Assembly: GCF_037042905.1 (NCBI RefSeq)
Contig: NC_087245.1
Span: forward strand, 9,612,001 to 9,676,000
Source of the DNA: Lytechinus pictus
Taxonomy: Eukaryota
Length of the DNA: 64,000 nucleotides
Reading direction: 5' to 3'
Below, piece after piece: positions 52,302-63,713 of the stretch. How positions within the stretch are numbered: the first letter of the stretch is position 1; every line of letters begins with the position of its first letter. The notes under the pieces are model-generated. The model did not search any database and was not told where the DNA came from. It worked only from the letters and a program-made list of their open reading frames with translations. The position numbers were made by a program, and so were the translations under genes.

Positions 52302-52341
52302 ATGGAAGGGATGTTGTACAAGTGGACAAATTACTTAGCAG
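52302..52341 (+). CDS. PLEKHA8: FAPP-type PH-domain protein (PLEKHA3/PLEKHA8-like), exon 1
   Basis: MEGMLYKWTNYLAG matches the FAPP1/FAPP2 N-terminus; g|gtgagc donor, phase 1. PLEKHA3 and PLEKHA8 cannot be told apart from these exons. Confidence 0.85.
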
Positions 52342-52628
52342 GTGAGCATCTGTTACTCCATTATAGAGTGGGAATGGGATGACGGACGGGAATCGTCATC
52401 GCTTGCCTTCACTGAAGGCTTCAGCGTTGGCGGTCTGTCTCGCGGCGCCCGCTCATCGGCCTCATTACGATGGGCGCCGCAAGTCAGCTAGCTATATGAT
52501 TATGAGATATGCTCGTTGCTCTTATCTTACTACTTGTCTTTGGTCATGTTGGTGCTGCAGAGAGCTTAGGCCTTAGCTGAACTAAACTGAGACCTAGCTA
52601 AGTTAGTGAGTCTGAGCTGAGCCTGGCC

Positions 52629-53076
52629 TAGACAGCTGGCAGCCGTCTGTTTCGAGGAGTTTTTTAACATTTTTTTATTTTTTAAATTTCTCCTCATACA
52701 CAGACGGCTCGCTATCGTGCAGCCACCATTAGGGGACTTACAATGCAAAATCCCCCCGTCGGGGCTCTTCAATTTTTGTCTTTAATGAATCAAACTTTTG
52801 AAAATTAACGCGACCGAAATGCAAATTAATATTTCCTCTTGGCATCAATTGCCCAAAAACGGGGAAAATCAAGTTAAAAGGAACAAAAACAGTGACTTAC
52901 CTCGGCTGTCCCGCAACTTCACTGCCCTGTTTTATCCGAACCTAATACACATAAACATATGGCCATTGAGTCCCCTGTACAGATCGCGCTAGAACTTCGG
53001 TCTCTGTATTTGGTGAGTGAAGCCAACGGAGTTCAGCTGAACAACCAACATAACAGAGACCGAAGCTTTTGGTCTA
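52629..53076 (+). mobile_element. TAGAC...GTCTA element, unit 1 (448 bp; 9-bp TSD; possibly AcademH-type)
   Basis: AGCCTGGCC|TAGACAG ... TTGGTCTA|AGCCTGGCC. Confidence 0.85.
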
Positions 53077-53085
53077 AGCCTGGCC

Positions 53086-53492
53086 TAGACAGTCGACTGG
53101 CAGCCGTCTGTTTCGAGGAGTTTTTTAACATTTTTTTGTTTTTTTAATTTCTCCTCATATAGTACCCGGTACCGGTACACAGTCACAGACGGCTCGCTAT
53201 CGTGCAGCCACCATTAGGGGACTTACAATGCAAAATCCCCCCGTCGGGGCTCTTCAATTTTTGTCTTTAATGAATCAAACTTTTGAAATTAACGCAACCG
53301 AAATGCAGTGACTTACCTCGGCTGTCGCGCAACTTCACTGCCCTGTTTTATCCGAACTTAATACACATAAACATATGGCCATTGAGTCCCCTGTACAGAT
53401 CGCGCTAGAACTTCGGTCTCTGTATTTGGTGAGTGAAGCCAACGGAGTTCAGCTGAACAACCAACATAACAGAGACCGAAGCTTTTGGTCTA
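53086..53492 (+). mobile_element. TAGAC...GTCTA element, unit 2 (407 bp)
   Basis: Same family as unit 1 with private indels; AGCCTGGCC on both sides. Confidence 0.85.
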
Positions 53493-54401
53493 AGCCTGGC
53501 CTAGACAGCTGGCAGCCGTCTGTTTCGAGGAGTTTTTTTCCCGGGGGGGCCACTTCCATTGACGAGTGGATACCATGCGCGACCATGGGGTCTCGAAAAG
53601 CACCCTAAACACTAGACAGGAATAACCGTCGTTTCTGGGGATTTATTCAACAATTTCTGACATTTTACTTTAATCCCCATTAACCCTCATTCCCACCCTT
53701 TTGTCAATTCACAGTCCAAAGTTTGATGTAATTTTACACATCGAATTTACAATCTAAGGATGTATAACCAACAAACTTTTAAAACTGGATATTTTGTTAA
53801 CAAAATACTTTAAACGATATAGATGAAAAGGCATGAAAAATGATACTTTACCGATGTTTAATTGGGTTGAACACGATAAAAATGGTCAATATGGCAGCCA
53901 AACTATGATATATTTACAAACGAACGGAGAGGGCGTCAACAATCACGAATGTGATATCGATATTGCTTTCGATATTATACGATCTGCTCCTTATTTGAAT
54001 TCATGAAAAGGATACGTACACTCTACCTCGGTAATCATATAGCGCTTGCTGGTTTTTAAAGATAAAATTATCATCACTATTATTTACTATTATTATATAA
54101 TTATCATTATCGCTAAAATCATTGTGGTTTTTAAATATTATCGTTGTAAGTATTAATATTTGTAGTAGTAATATTTCATTATCATCGTTATTTTGATTAC
54201 TATTATTTCATTATTATCATCATCATCATCATTGTCATTATTTTCATTATATATATTATCACTATGGTTAAGAGATAAAAGAATAATATTTTTCAGATAA
54301 ATGTTATAGTAAACTGGTCGGGTTGATAAAATTTCTTGTTTGAAATTGAATTCCCAATTGGTCATGACCAGTTCCAGTCATTCTCTGATGATGTTGAGTA
54401 C

Positions 54402-55288
54402 CAGTGGCGTACCGTGGGTCACGGCATTGGGGGGGGGGGGGGGCACCAGCAAAAATTTTGAGTCATTTACTGGGCTGGCGAAGCGCGCTCAATTGCCAGG
54501 TACTGACGTAATAGAAGCATTTTAAGGACTGTTTCATTAAACAGATATGTATCTCACTGATTAAATAATGCGAGCGCGAAGCGCGAGCTGAAATTTTTGA
54601 AATTCAGACCTGAAGAGGGGCATTCTTAGGCTTGTTTGTAAAAATTCACTAAGGCCATACGTATTTCACTTACTAAATTATGCGAGCACGAAGCGCGAGC
54701 TGAAAATTTCTGATAGAGTTTTCAGACCAGTAAAGGGAAAATTTTAAGGACTGTTTTCAGGAATTCATGAAGAGCAGACATATCTCACCAGTCCATTGAT
54801 GCGAACGTAAGCACTAACTGGGAATATTTTATATTCAGACTTTAAAAAAGGGGCAGTTTCTTTTAAGTAGTCATGAGTGAGAAGCATGTCACTACATAAA
54901 ACAATAACTCGAAGTGCAAGGAAATACATGTATATGGTGTATATTGACTTGAAAACGGAATTTTTTAGTACAACATATATTTCATCAAACAGAAATTACG
55001 AGCACCAGGAATGATGAACACAATGTCATAGGCCCTTAGCAAAATATGTTTCATAATTAGAGTTATGAAAAAAATATTTATGTAATATAATATATTATAA
55101 TATAATATATATATATATATATATATATAACTTAATATAATAGAATATGCACTAGTTTCTTCTTCCTCTACTACGCCTCTCCTTTTTTTCTCCTTCTTTT
55201 TCTACTTTTCCCCCTTCTTTTTTTTTTTGGCCAGCCGATGGGGGGGGGGGGCACGTGCCCCCCATGCCCCCCCGTAGTTACGCCACTG
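54402..55288. mobile_element. hAT-like MITE nested in element A
   Basis: TTGAGTAC|CAGTGGCGTA ... TACGCCACTG|TTGAGCAC (8-bp TSD, 1 mismatch). Confidence 0.85.
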
Positions 55289-56616
55289 TTGAGCACGTGT
55301 TTTACCTCACTTTACACTTTCTTTCCCTTCGTTTTTTTCAATCCGCGGCAGCTTTGTCGTGTTATTGACTTTTTTCTTGTTCCTTTTCTTCATATTCTGA
55401 TTTTCAAATTCAACCTTTGTCTCTATATACCTTCATTTCGTATCTCTTTTTGTCGATTTCTCTCATTGTCCACCATTCTTGTCCATGCCACTGAGTCTCC
55501 TGCTAAAGACATGTTAAGGCCTCTACTTTCTCGCATGTTCTAATTCTTTCTTTCTTTATTGTTGTCATTTTCCTTTGCTTTTTCACCTTTCCCATTCCTC
55601 CCACCCCGGCCTCTTTCCTCGTTTTCTTTTCTTCATTTTACCTTTTTCTCTTTTCGCCCTTTTCTCGGTGAAATCCGCCAGGGCCGGGGCAGCTCCCCCC
55701 CCCCCCCCCCCCCCCGGCGCCTGTTACGCCAGGAAGACCAAATGAACAGCCGATAAGACCAATAGGGACTACCAGTAAGACCAATTGAGTTCACTCAGTT
55801 GGATACCAACCACTAAGCCAAAACATCAGTAACAGACTCCAGTATAATTAAGACCAGTTTAAAATCCCAGTTACTATAGGCCTATTCAATACCAATGACT
55901 GGAGCAGTATTATTTGTAACTAGAACAGTATTACCAGACCGATAAACCAATACTCCAATTTCCAGAGTTACTGGTCCAACTGGTCAAGTTGATTTTTTTT
56001 TCTTGTGGTTAATTTGATTTTCTATTTTTATCATTTGACAGATTATTGTCTTATCTCTTCATTTTGGGCTCGGTAAAATGTAGTTTAATGTGTCTATGGA
56101 CAATCAAGTCTCGAAATGTGTGATTTAAAGAGAAACTTACCCGCCGTTTTTCTGGCTGTGTTTGTGTCGTCACATCTTTTTTTTGAAGGGGTGTCTGTGC
56201 TTGTGGGCTTGTCAGTCGTCTTCGTTTCTTTCGAAGAAATGGCGAAGCATAGCTGGTCACCTTCACCTTCCTCCCCAAGTAAACATTGATTCTACTAATT
56301 TTCTTTAATTTGGATTTATTTTCAATTACATTTGAATTACTTTCAGATAATTTCAAAATTATTTTGCAACATCTGTCGCAAATGATTTTTTTTTATTTTT
56401 GATCGGGTGTCACTTTAATTCCTAATGATTCGACAGCGTCAGCAGTGGTGTAATCACGGTGATCCATTTTTGCATTCAAAGGTCTTCTTTTATTAGGATG
56501 ATTAGTCAAATTACGGTCACAATTACAACACCAGTAGTCAGACATAATTACTAAAATGAATTAATGAATCAAATAAAATTACCACCAGCAATCAGCACAC
56601 CTACATGGCAATATAC

Positions 56617-58420
56617 TTTTTTTTTTAAAGATGTTTTATTGTTTTTCTCTCAAATCAAATTTCATACAATGCAGTTAACAAAGTAACAATTGTAAATAAT
56701 AATTCAAATAAATTTCTTAAACTAGTATACATTATGCACATCATGAAATAATATTCTAAGACTGCATCGTACCACTACCAGATGAGTTTAACAAACAAAT
56801 ATCAGAGAAAAAACTTATAAAAGTATATGCGTTGCACCTGCCCCCTCCTTGCCCCCCCCCCCTTCCCTCCACAAACCCCCACACTTCACACCCTCAAACA
56901 TTTTTCGTACACCCTTGCATATGATGCCGCGTTCCGTCTGAAATAAGAAAACACCATAATGAACAAACATAATCTCGTGAGCTCTGTCGCCTCTATACTC
57001 TTGTAAGGAAATGTTCCCATTTCCTTATATGGTTTGATAATTTACCCCTTGTTACTGCTAAAATTTTCTCTTCACGTTCATTTTCTAATATCTTCTCTCT
57101 AATTTCGTTGGGACTTGGTGGTCTTTTTAGTCCTGCTGTAAACAAAGATCAGATATTTTATTAAAAGAATAATGTGATTAATTATTTGTTCCTTCCCTAT
57201 ATTAGCATGCTTAACACCAATGTGTATATCCACCCACCTGGCATTTTTTATTTCATACATATTGAATAAGTTACCGCAATCTATCCATAAGTCTCTCGTC
57301 TTTTCACATGAGAAAAACAGATGCTCGTAAGTTTCTTCAGTATTCCCACAAAATGAACATTCACTATCTGAGAAAATTTTGAATAAATGTAAATATTTCT
57401 TCGTGTATATTAACTCATAAAGCATTTTAAATTGAAACTCTCTAAGCCTACTGCTTAGAGTACATTTTCTGGGTCTTGAAAATATAGCACATATATCTTT
57501 TTCGAAGAAATTATATGTCTTATATTATCAAACGCATACGATTTTTCCAATTTAATACTTAAAAGTGCCTTGTATATTTTATTAGATGTCACGTTTGGTA
57601 AACTGTTAATCTTACCATTAAATATAAATTCTAGATTTAGACCAGTGTCTTCACAATTGTCTTTTTTCTTCAATAGGTGTTTCCATGTTGCTGGAATATT
57701 TTCAAAAACTTTATAAACTTTATCTATTTCATTTCCATCTAAACCCATTTTCAGAAAGTCTCTTTGCTTCCACCATATAAATAATTTTTTTTATTTTACT
57801 TAGAATCTATTTGTAATTAACATTTTCCTGAATTTCTACATCTAATGATAAAGTTATTCCTAATATTTTGATAGTTTCAACTAATTTACCAAATGGAACT
57901 TTAATATCTTTTGTAGAAAGAGGACCCAACGCTAATATAAATGTTTTTTCTTTATTCATTTTTAAGCCTGAAATCTTAGCAAAATCTCCAAATATTTTTC
58001 CGATTCTATCAATAGATTGGGAGTCCCTCACAAAAAGTGTCATATCATCCGCATAGAGCGCTTGTTTGACTTCTACATTACCAAAGCTGATTCCGTGGAT
58101 GGATTTATCTTTACGAATGGTATTAGAAAGGACCTCGATACAAAGTATAAACAAATAAGGAGAGAGGGGATCCCCATGTCTCACACCTCTTTCAACACTA
58201 AAGTATCCTGTCGATATACCCCCATTAAATACGCAACTCAGGGCATTTTTGTATAATGTTTTGATCCAGCTGCAAAATGAGGACCCGAAGCCAAAAGAAC
58301 GTAAAACGTTTTGCAAAAAGATGTGCGAGACCGAATCAAACGCTTTTTCAAAATCTATTGCCATTAAGAAACCAGGTGCATTATTTTGTTGTGTGTAGTA
58401 AATCATATCGTCAATCAATC
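56617..58420 (-). mobile_element. 5'-truncated, decayed L1/Tx1-clade LINE (RT and C-terminal CCHC finger)
   Basis: IDFEKAFDSV, RGVRHGDPLSPYLF, LYADD; CSFCGNTEETYEHLFFSC; AATAAA and poly(A) at 56617-56640; break near 57790. Confidence 0.9.
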
Positions 58421-58627
58421 TTTTTTTTTTTTTTTTTTTTTTTTTATACAAGTGCACACCTCGTTACCAATAATGCATATAGCATTTACATTTATTTGAA
58501 AGCAGGATAAAAGAGCATTGAAGATTAAATGCTTTGCTGACGGGCATAGGTGCCGCGGCCGGGGATCGTACCCCGGACTTTTTCATGTATAGCCTGGCGC
58601 CTTAGACCACTCGGCCACGGCACATCC
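58421..58627 (-). mobile_element. tRNA-derived SINE
   Basis: A box TGGCCGAGTGG, B box-like GGTACGATCCC, unrelated tail, 25-nt poly(A). Confidence 0.85.
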
Positions 58628-59072
58628 TAAATCTAATTGATCTAATACGATACGATACACTACACGAAGATAAACGATACTAGTTATAATCGCGATAAAT
58701 CGAGACATGAAAAAGTTAATAACGATAATGACGTCATTCAAGATGGCAACTTCCTAGAAAAACCGTCAGGTCAGGTGAAAATGTCTTAGATGACAGATTT
58801 CTCAATCATCCAGAGGATTTTTTTCAATAACTCCGGCCCAAGGTATGCAATTACTTAAGTTATTTATATTACCCTGATAATGGAAACCATGAAAATGTCA
58901 ATTTTGCCTAAAAAACAGTTTTAAATCGCGATCTATAAAACGCTAGTTCACTATACGTTGGCTGTAGGTAGGGGCCCCCCTCCTCTTCAGTCTATGTATG
59001 GTGAGTGGAGCCAACGCAGTTCAGCGGAACAACCAAAATACAGAGACTGAAGCTTTTGGTCTACCTAAACAC

Positions 59073-59519
59073 TAGACCAAAAGCTTCGGTCTCTGTTATG
59101 TTGGTTGTTCAGCTGAACTCCGTTGGCTTCACTCACCAAATACAGAGACCGAAGTTCTAGCGCGATCTGTACAGGGGACTCAATGGCCATATGTTTATGT
59201 ACTTAAGATCGGATAAAACGGGGAAGTGAATTTGCGCGACAGCCGAGGTAAGTCACTGTTTTTTTTCCTTTTAACTTGATTTTTCTCCGTTTTTTGGCAA
59301 TTAATGCCAAGAGGGAATATTAATTTGCATTTTGGTCGCGTTAATTTTCAAAATTTTTATTCATTAAAGACAAAAATTGAAGAGCCCCGACAGGGGGATT
59401 TTGCATTGCAAGTCCCCTAATGGTGGCTGCACGCTAGCGAGCCGTCTGTGTACGAGGAGAAATTAAAAAAAAAAAAAAGTAAAAAAAACTCCTCGAAACA
59501 GACGGCTGCCAGCTGTCTA
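59073..59519 (-). mobile_element. TAGAC...GTCTA element B (447 bp), inverted relative to units 1-3
   Basis: Reverse complement of unit 1 with few differences; CCTAAACAC on both sides. Confidence 0.9.
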
Positions 59520-61509
59520 CCTAAACACGTATTTTCCATATTCTGAAAATGCACCCCTTAACAAGTATTGGCGTGTGAAACCCAACCCTTAACAAGTATT
59601 GGAAACAAAACGATACTCTTGGCAAGTATTCCCTGAAATGAACCCCTAAACAAGTACAGCGATATTTTATTATGTCACGGGTCCGTCGGTCGTCGGTTTT
59701 ACCTTTACACACCATTTGGTTTAGTACGGCCCCACCTTCCACACCTCGCGCAAATCGGACTCTAAACACGTAGTGTTGGGGCAAAAAGGACATCCTTTAT
59801 AAAACATTTTAATTTTGCTTCATCATCCGCGCAAATTTGACCCTAAACACATAGCTTTCCTAGCGAAATAGATACCCTTTTTTCATTATTTTTGTGTTTT
59901 TGACACCCTTATCACGTTACGTACGTAACGTGCCCTATCTTGAAAAAGACATCCTTTTTACGTGTTTTTTTGGTCGCGCATGGTATCCACTTGTCAATGT
60001 AAGTGGCCCCCCCAGGTTTTTTTTAAACATTTTTTTTTCTCCTCGTTACCGTACACAGACGGCTCGCGATCGACATCGTGCTGCCGCCATAAAAAATTAA
60101 TAGGGGGTTAACAATACAAATTCCTCCCGACGGGGCTCATCAATTTTTGTCTTTATCTCATACAAATATATACAAAGAACTGGACCAAAATAAAGACTAT
60201 TATGTTTTGGCCTGAAATGCACCAAAACAGGAAAAAAATAACCTTAAAAATAAAAGGGGAAAAAAGTGACTTACTTCGCCTTTGGCTGTCGGCAACTCCC
60301 ACGACGTCCGTGGTTTATCCGAACTTCATACATAATCATAGAAGTTGAAATTACATCGCAAAACAAGTGGGATAGATCATTCAATGATAATTGTAATACA
60401 AAGAAACTATAAAAAACTTTTGGTAAAACGCCACAAAACCATTCATTTTGAAATAGTAAATTAAGTGAATCAATAAAGATTTTACCACATCAGGCCATCT
60501 AACACTGGAGTCGTATTTGTTATTTCAGACTCCTATTAACATTCAGATAAATTCTATCTCTACTTTATGCATAGAATTTATCAAATCATATTTTTAGGTA
60601 TCTAAAGATTCAAACAATTTATGTTAAACTATATTTTGATGTTTGGAATCATAAAAAAAACCTATAATTATCATTTTACAAAAAACCCATTATGGTTTAC
60701 TTTTGTCAACTATTACAATTTGATATCCCGAGGGTACCCATCTCAACCTTCATTATTTTGTGACTAAGGCTACGTCTCGTCTGCTCTTTTTACTGATAGT
60801 ATCGATATCGAGTGATTCTAGTTAGGAAGCTTGTTTGATTATCTATTACAGCAGGCAATAATGATAAAAACAACCATCTATGCGGTAGTATGCATTGTAA
60901 ATCTGGTTACTCAATACATTTTTTTTTTTTCAGATCAATCATGAAAGTTTGAAGCACAATTTTTCAGGTTTCCATATATAGACAATATCAAAGACTCCAT
61001 GCAATAAGCATGTAGCACCATATCATTTTCCACTACATTTTACAATATATTATCTCCTCTTCTACTATTTTATTTTGCCTTCAGTCATGAACTGGAAACA
61101 AACTGTATATTTCTAAATCATTATAAAATGTAAATGGATGACAGATATTTCTTCATGTCCAGATGTGACACAGAAATGCAGCATACATGTAGCATTGCAC
61201 TACAATTGTGTATGAAAATCGATCAAAGCTGCATGATTATGTGTGATTGTGATAGAAAATAAATGAATGAATAAATATTGCATCTGCAGGATCAAAACAA
61301 CAATGAAGTTGACAGTATTCGATTGCACCATATAGAATGGAAGTAAAAGAATTTTTGCTCTCTCCATCTTTGGCTCAGGTAAATTTTACCACTCCTCTCA
61401 TTTCTCTGATATAAATCAACATCACTGTTAATTTTCAATGACATGCAGTTCTGTATTACAGTGCATCTATGGGTAAAGAAACATTCGCAGTAACATGATG
61501 ACACTTTCT

Positions 61510-62300
61510 GAATCCATACACGCTTTCTGGAATCTAGCGGTTCTTGTCAAATTCCTCAGCTATCATATGTGGGTCCACTTCTGACACCCACTCCTTGTGG
61601 ATATGATAAATCATTGGATGACTTATTCTTTTCTGTGTCATAATGCTGCTGAGCCATATTTTAATATGCCTGAGGGCACTGAAGGATCACTCTGCCTCTG
61701 AAGATCTTGCAGGGGATACAAGTAACAGTCTATTAAAGTAAGGTTTCCACTTATGAAAACATTCTACAGACTTCAGGGAACAAAGTGCTGAACAGCAGCT
61801 CCCTGTATCTTTTAATAGAAGAGCAGATGAGCTGTTTCCTGAAGACCTGCAATTCTGATTGAATAAGTCTGTCATGTAATTCTGGGAACGCTATGAGATC
61901 TTGGTGGAAGGCACCCTCTAGCAACATGGAAGCCATTTGGGCTTGTCTTTGGAAGTCAGGTGATGTGAAATATGAATTCGAATAGCAAAGAGCACTGTCT
62001 ATAACTTTGAAATATTCTCCTCGATATGATTTCTGATGCATATGAAATTTGCTGATTGCCTTTTTCCAGTTTTTTAATCCAACTGAAATTAATGCTTCAT
62101 TCTTGCATTTTGACATTTATATCCATCAAATATTGTTTTGCTGCTTTTGTGCAAGTGTGGCATGTCTGTATTTGGCGGCACATGCAGCCAAGCATATTCT
62201 TCAAACCATTTCGACTGAAATTTAAGTATTTTGCATTTCAATTTATGTTCGGGTAAATGAGAGATACCAGAATGGTTTTGCTCCTTGGGAAATGAACTTG
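61510..62300 (-). pseudogene. Decayed hAT (ZMYM1/Tip100-like) transposase with the catalytic core deleted
   Basis: TTF-finger remnant FQSKWFEEYAWLH...GLKNWKKAISKFHMHQKS joined directly to YRGEYFKVID; dimerisation domain LLLVSPARSSEAE*SFSALRHIKIWLSSIMTQKR; stops and frameshifts. Confidence 0.8.
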
Positions 62301-63596
62301 AAGGTGCTCCTAGCTTTGAGGCCGAACTACCCAAATGGGCAGGTGTAGAAGCAATGGCATGGGATTGGGTAGCTGAAGGGTCATCTGAACTACAATTTGG
62401 GATTGTTGATGAGAAATCTGGACCTTGCTCTGCTGTAACACATGGGTCAAATTGAATATCATCACAAGAATCTTGGGTATGTACTGGACTATCATAACTT
62501 GCAGCTTAAGTAGAGGCTGGATTACGTGGTGGGTGTGGTTGAAGTCGGAATTTGAACATGGTCATGTTTAGAAACCAGAGAGATTGACGGAAGAGATTGG
62601 TTGATCAGATGTGGCTGCCAAAGTAATGGCTGGTCCATTTAGTGTGGCATGCGAAGGGTTGACTGGATGACCATATGTGACAGTGGAAGGGGAAACCTGA
62701 TGATCAGATGTGGCTGCTGAAGAGGACATTTGGCATCCACAAGTTGCAGCAAAAAAGTGTTGTAGCCGAAGGGGAGACTGGACAAGCAGGGCTATAGAAA
62801 TTGAAACAAAATTTAAATTATTAATCATTTATGCTTATTTGATTTAGTATTTACATGTTTCAAAATGATATGATAGTTTGGGTAAAATAAGTGATACTAC
62901 AATCAGTATGTACTGATGAAGCAGGAAAAATCGATGACATAACTTACGTTGACCCGGAAAAATACTACAATGCCTCTGATAGACTCATTGTGTGGTAAAG
63001 GCCTGGGGCTGTATTCTGAAAACGTTCTATTCTTATATCTTATCTATGTCACAATCTCAAATTAGTTTTCTGAAAACATTGTTATCTTTTTGATGGACAA
63101 CACAAAAACTAAATGCCTAAACCAGACCACTTTGTTGTTAAGGCGCAAAAAAGATGACTTGTACTTTTTGAAACTAGCACTTGAAATAAAGGAATCCAGT
63201 GTCCTTTGCCCTTTTCTGGTTACAGGTGCAGTTGAAGGCTGACTTGATATTCACATCTGTAAAAATGAAATACACTTATTAGGCAGTTGACAAAGTAGAT
63301 GAGTGAAGGCTGGCTTGAGTCGGTGAATGAAGTAGTATCTGTAGCAGGAGAGTAGACTTGATGTTTCGGGCAGTGGTCTATTGTAGGTTTAAACATGCAA
63401 AACAAACAGAAAGACTCTCTCTTACCCTCGATATTTGACTGCACAAGCTTCCTGTATGCTAAGCCTGGAGGATTCAGACTAAAATTAATTTCACAAATGC
63501 AAAGCTTTAATCATGATGAAGCCTCACATCTTATTTAATTGTATTCAAGCCTAAATTTTGCATATATTTCAAAACTATTTTTTTTCTTTTTTTCAG

Positions 63597-63713
63597 GTTG
63601 GCAGCCACGTTGGTTTGTTTTAGACAAGGGTATCTTGACGTATTACAAATCACAAGATGAGATGCAGCAGGGTTGTAAAGGATCTGTCAAGATGGCTTGC
63701 TGTGAAATTCAAG
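63597..63713 (+). CDS. PLEKHA8: FAPP-type PH-domain protein (PLEKHA3/PLEKHA8-like), exon 2; gene continues past the window
   Basis: [39 protein letters not shown]; strong polypyrimidine-cag acceptor, aag|gttagg donor. Confidence 0.88.

Larger units (their letters stand above)
53613..59063 (+). mobile_element. TAGAC-family element A (5.45 kb including nested insertions)
   Basis: CCTAAACAC|TAGACAGG ... GAAGCTTTTGGTCTA|CCTAAACAC; last ~80 bp homologous to the unit 1 right end. Confidence 0.85.
53540..60016. mobile_element. CCCG(n)-terminus DNA element inserted in unit 3 and itself interrupted
   Basis: 46-bp TIR cccgggggggccacttccattgacgagtggataccatgcgcgacca / tggtcgcgcatggtatccacttgtcaatgtaagtggcccccccagg; inserted in a T tract. 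Confidence 0.85.
53502..63461 (+). mobile_element. TAGAC-family unit 3: large, interrupted; right end tentative
   Basis: Left end identical to unit 1; homology resumes at 60017-60335 after a nested insertion; candidate end aagcttcctgtatgCTA|AGCCTGGag (7/9 TSD match). Confidence 0.55.

Noticed and set aside
58540..58627. tRNA gene
   Set aside because: A and B boxes are present, but an unrelated tail, a poly(A) and a second diverged copy at 8435 indicate a SINE.
56617..58634. SINE-LINE template-switch chimera (SINE poly(A) joined directly to the LINE RT)
   Set aside because: The SINE has its own near-perfect 7-bp TSD (tcaatct 58415, taaatct 58628), and removing it restores I-R-L-I-D-D. Simple insertion near the LINE's truncated end explains it.
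52620..59528. CRISPR array
   Set aside because: Repeats are 9-bp TSDs, the intervening units are transposons, there are no cas genes and the DNA is eukaryotic. The resemblance is only an analogy.
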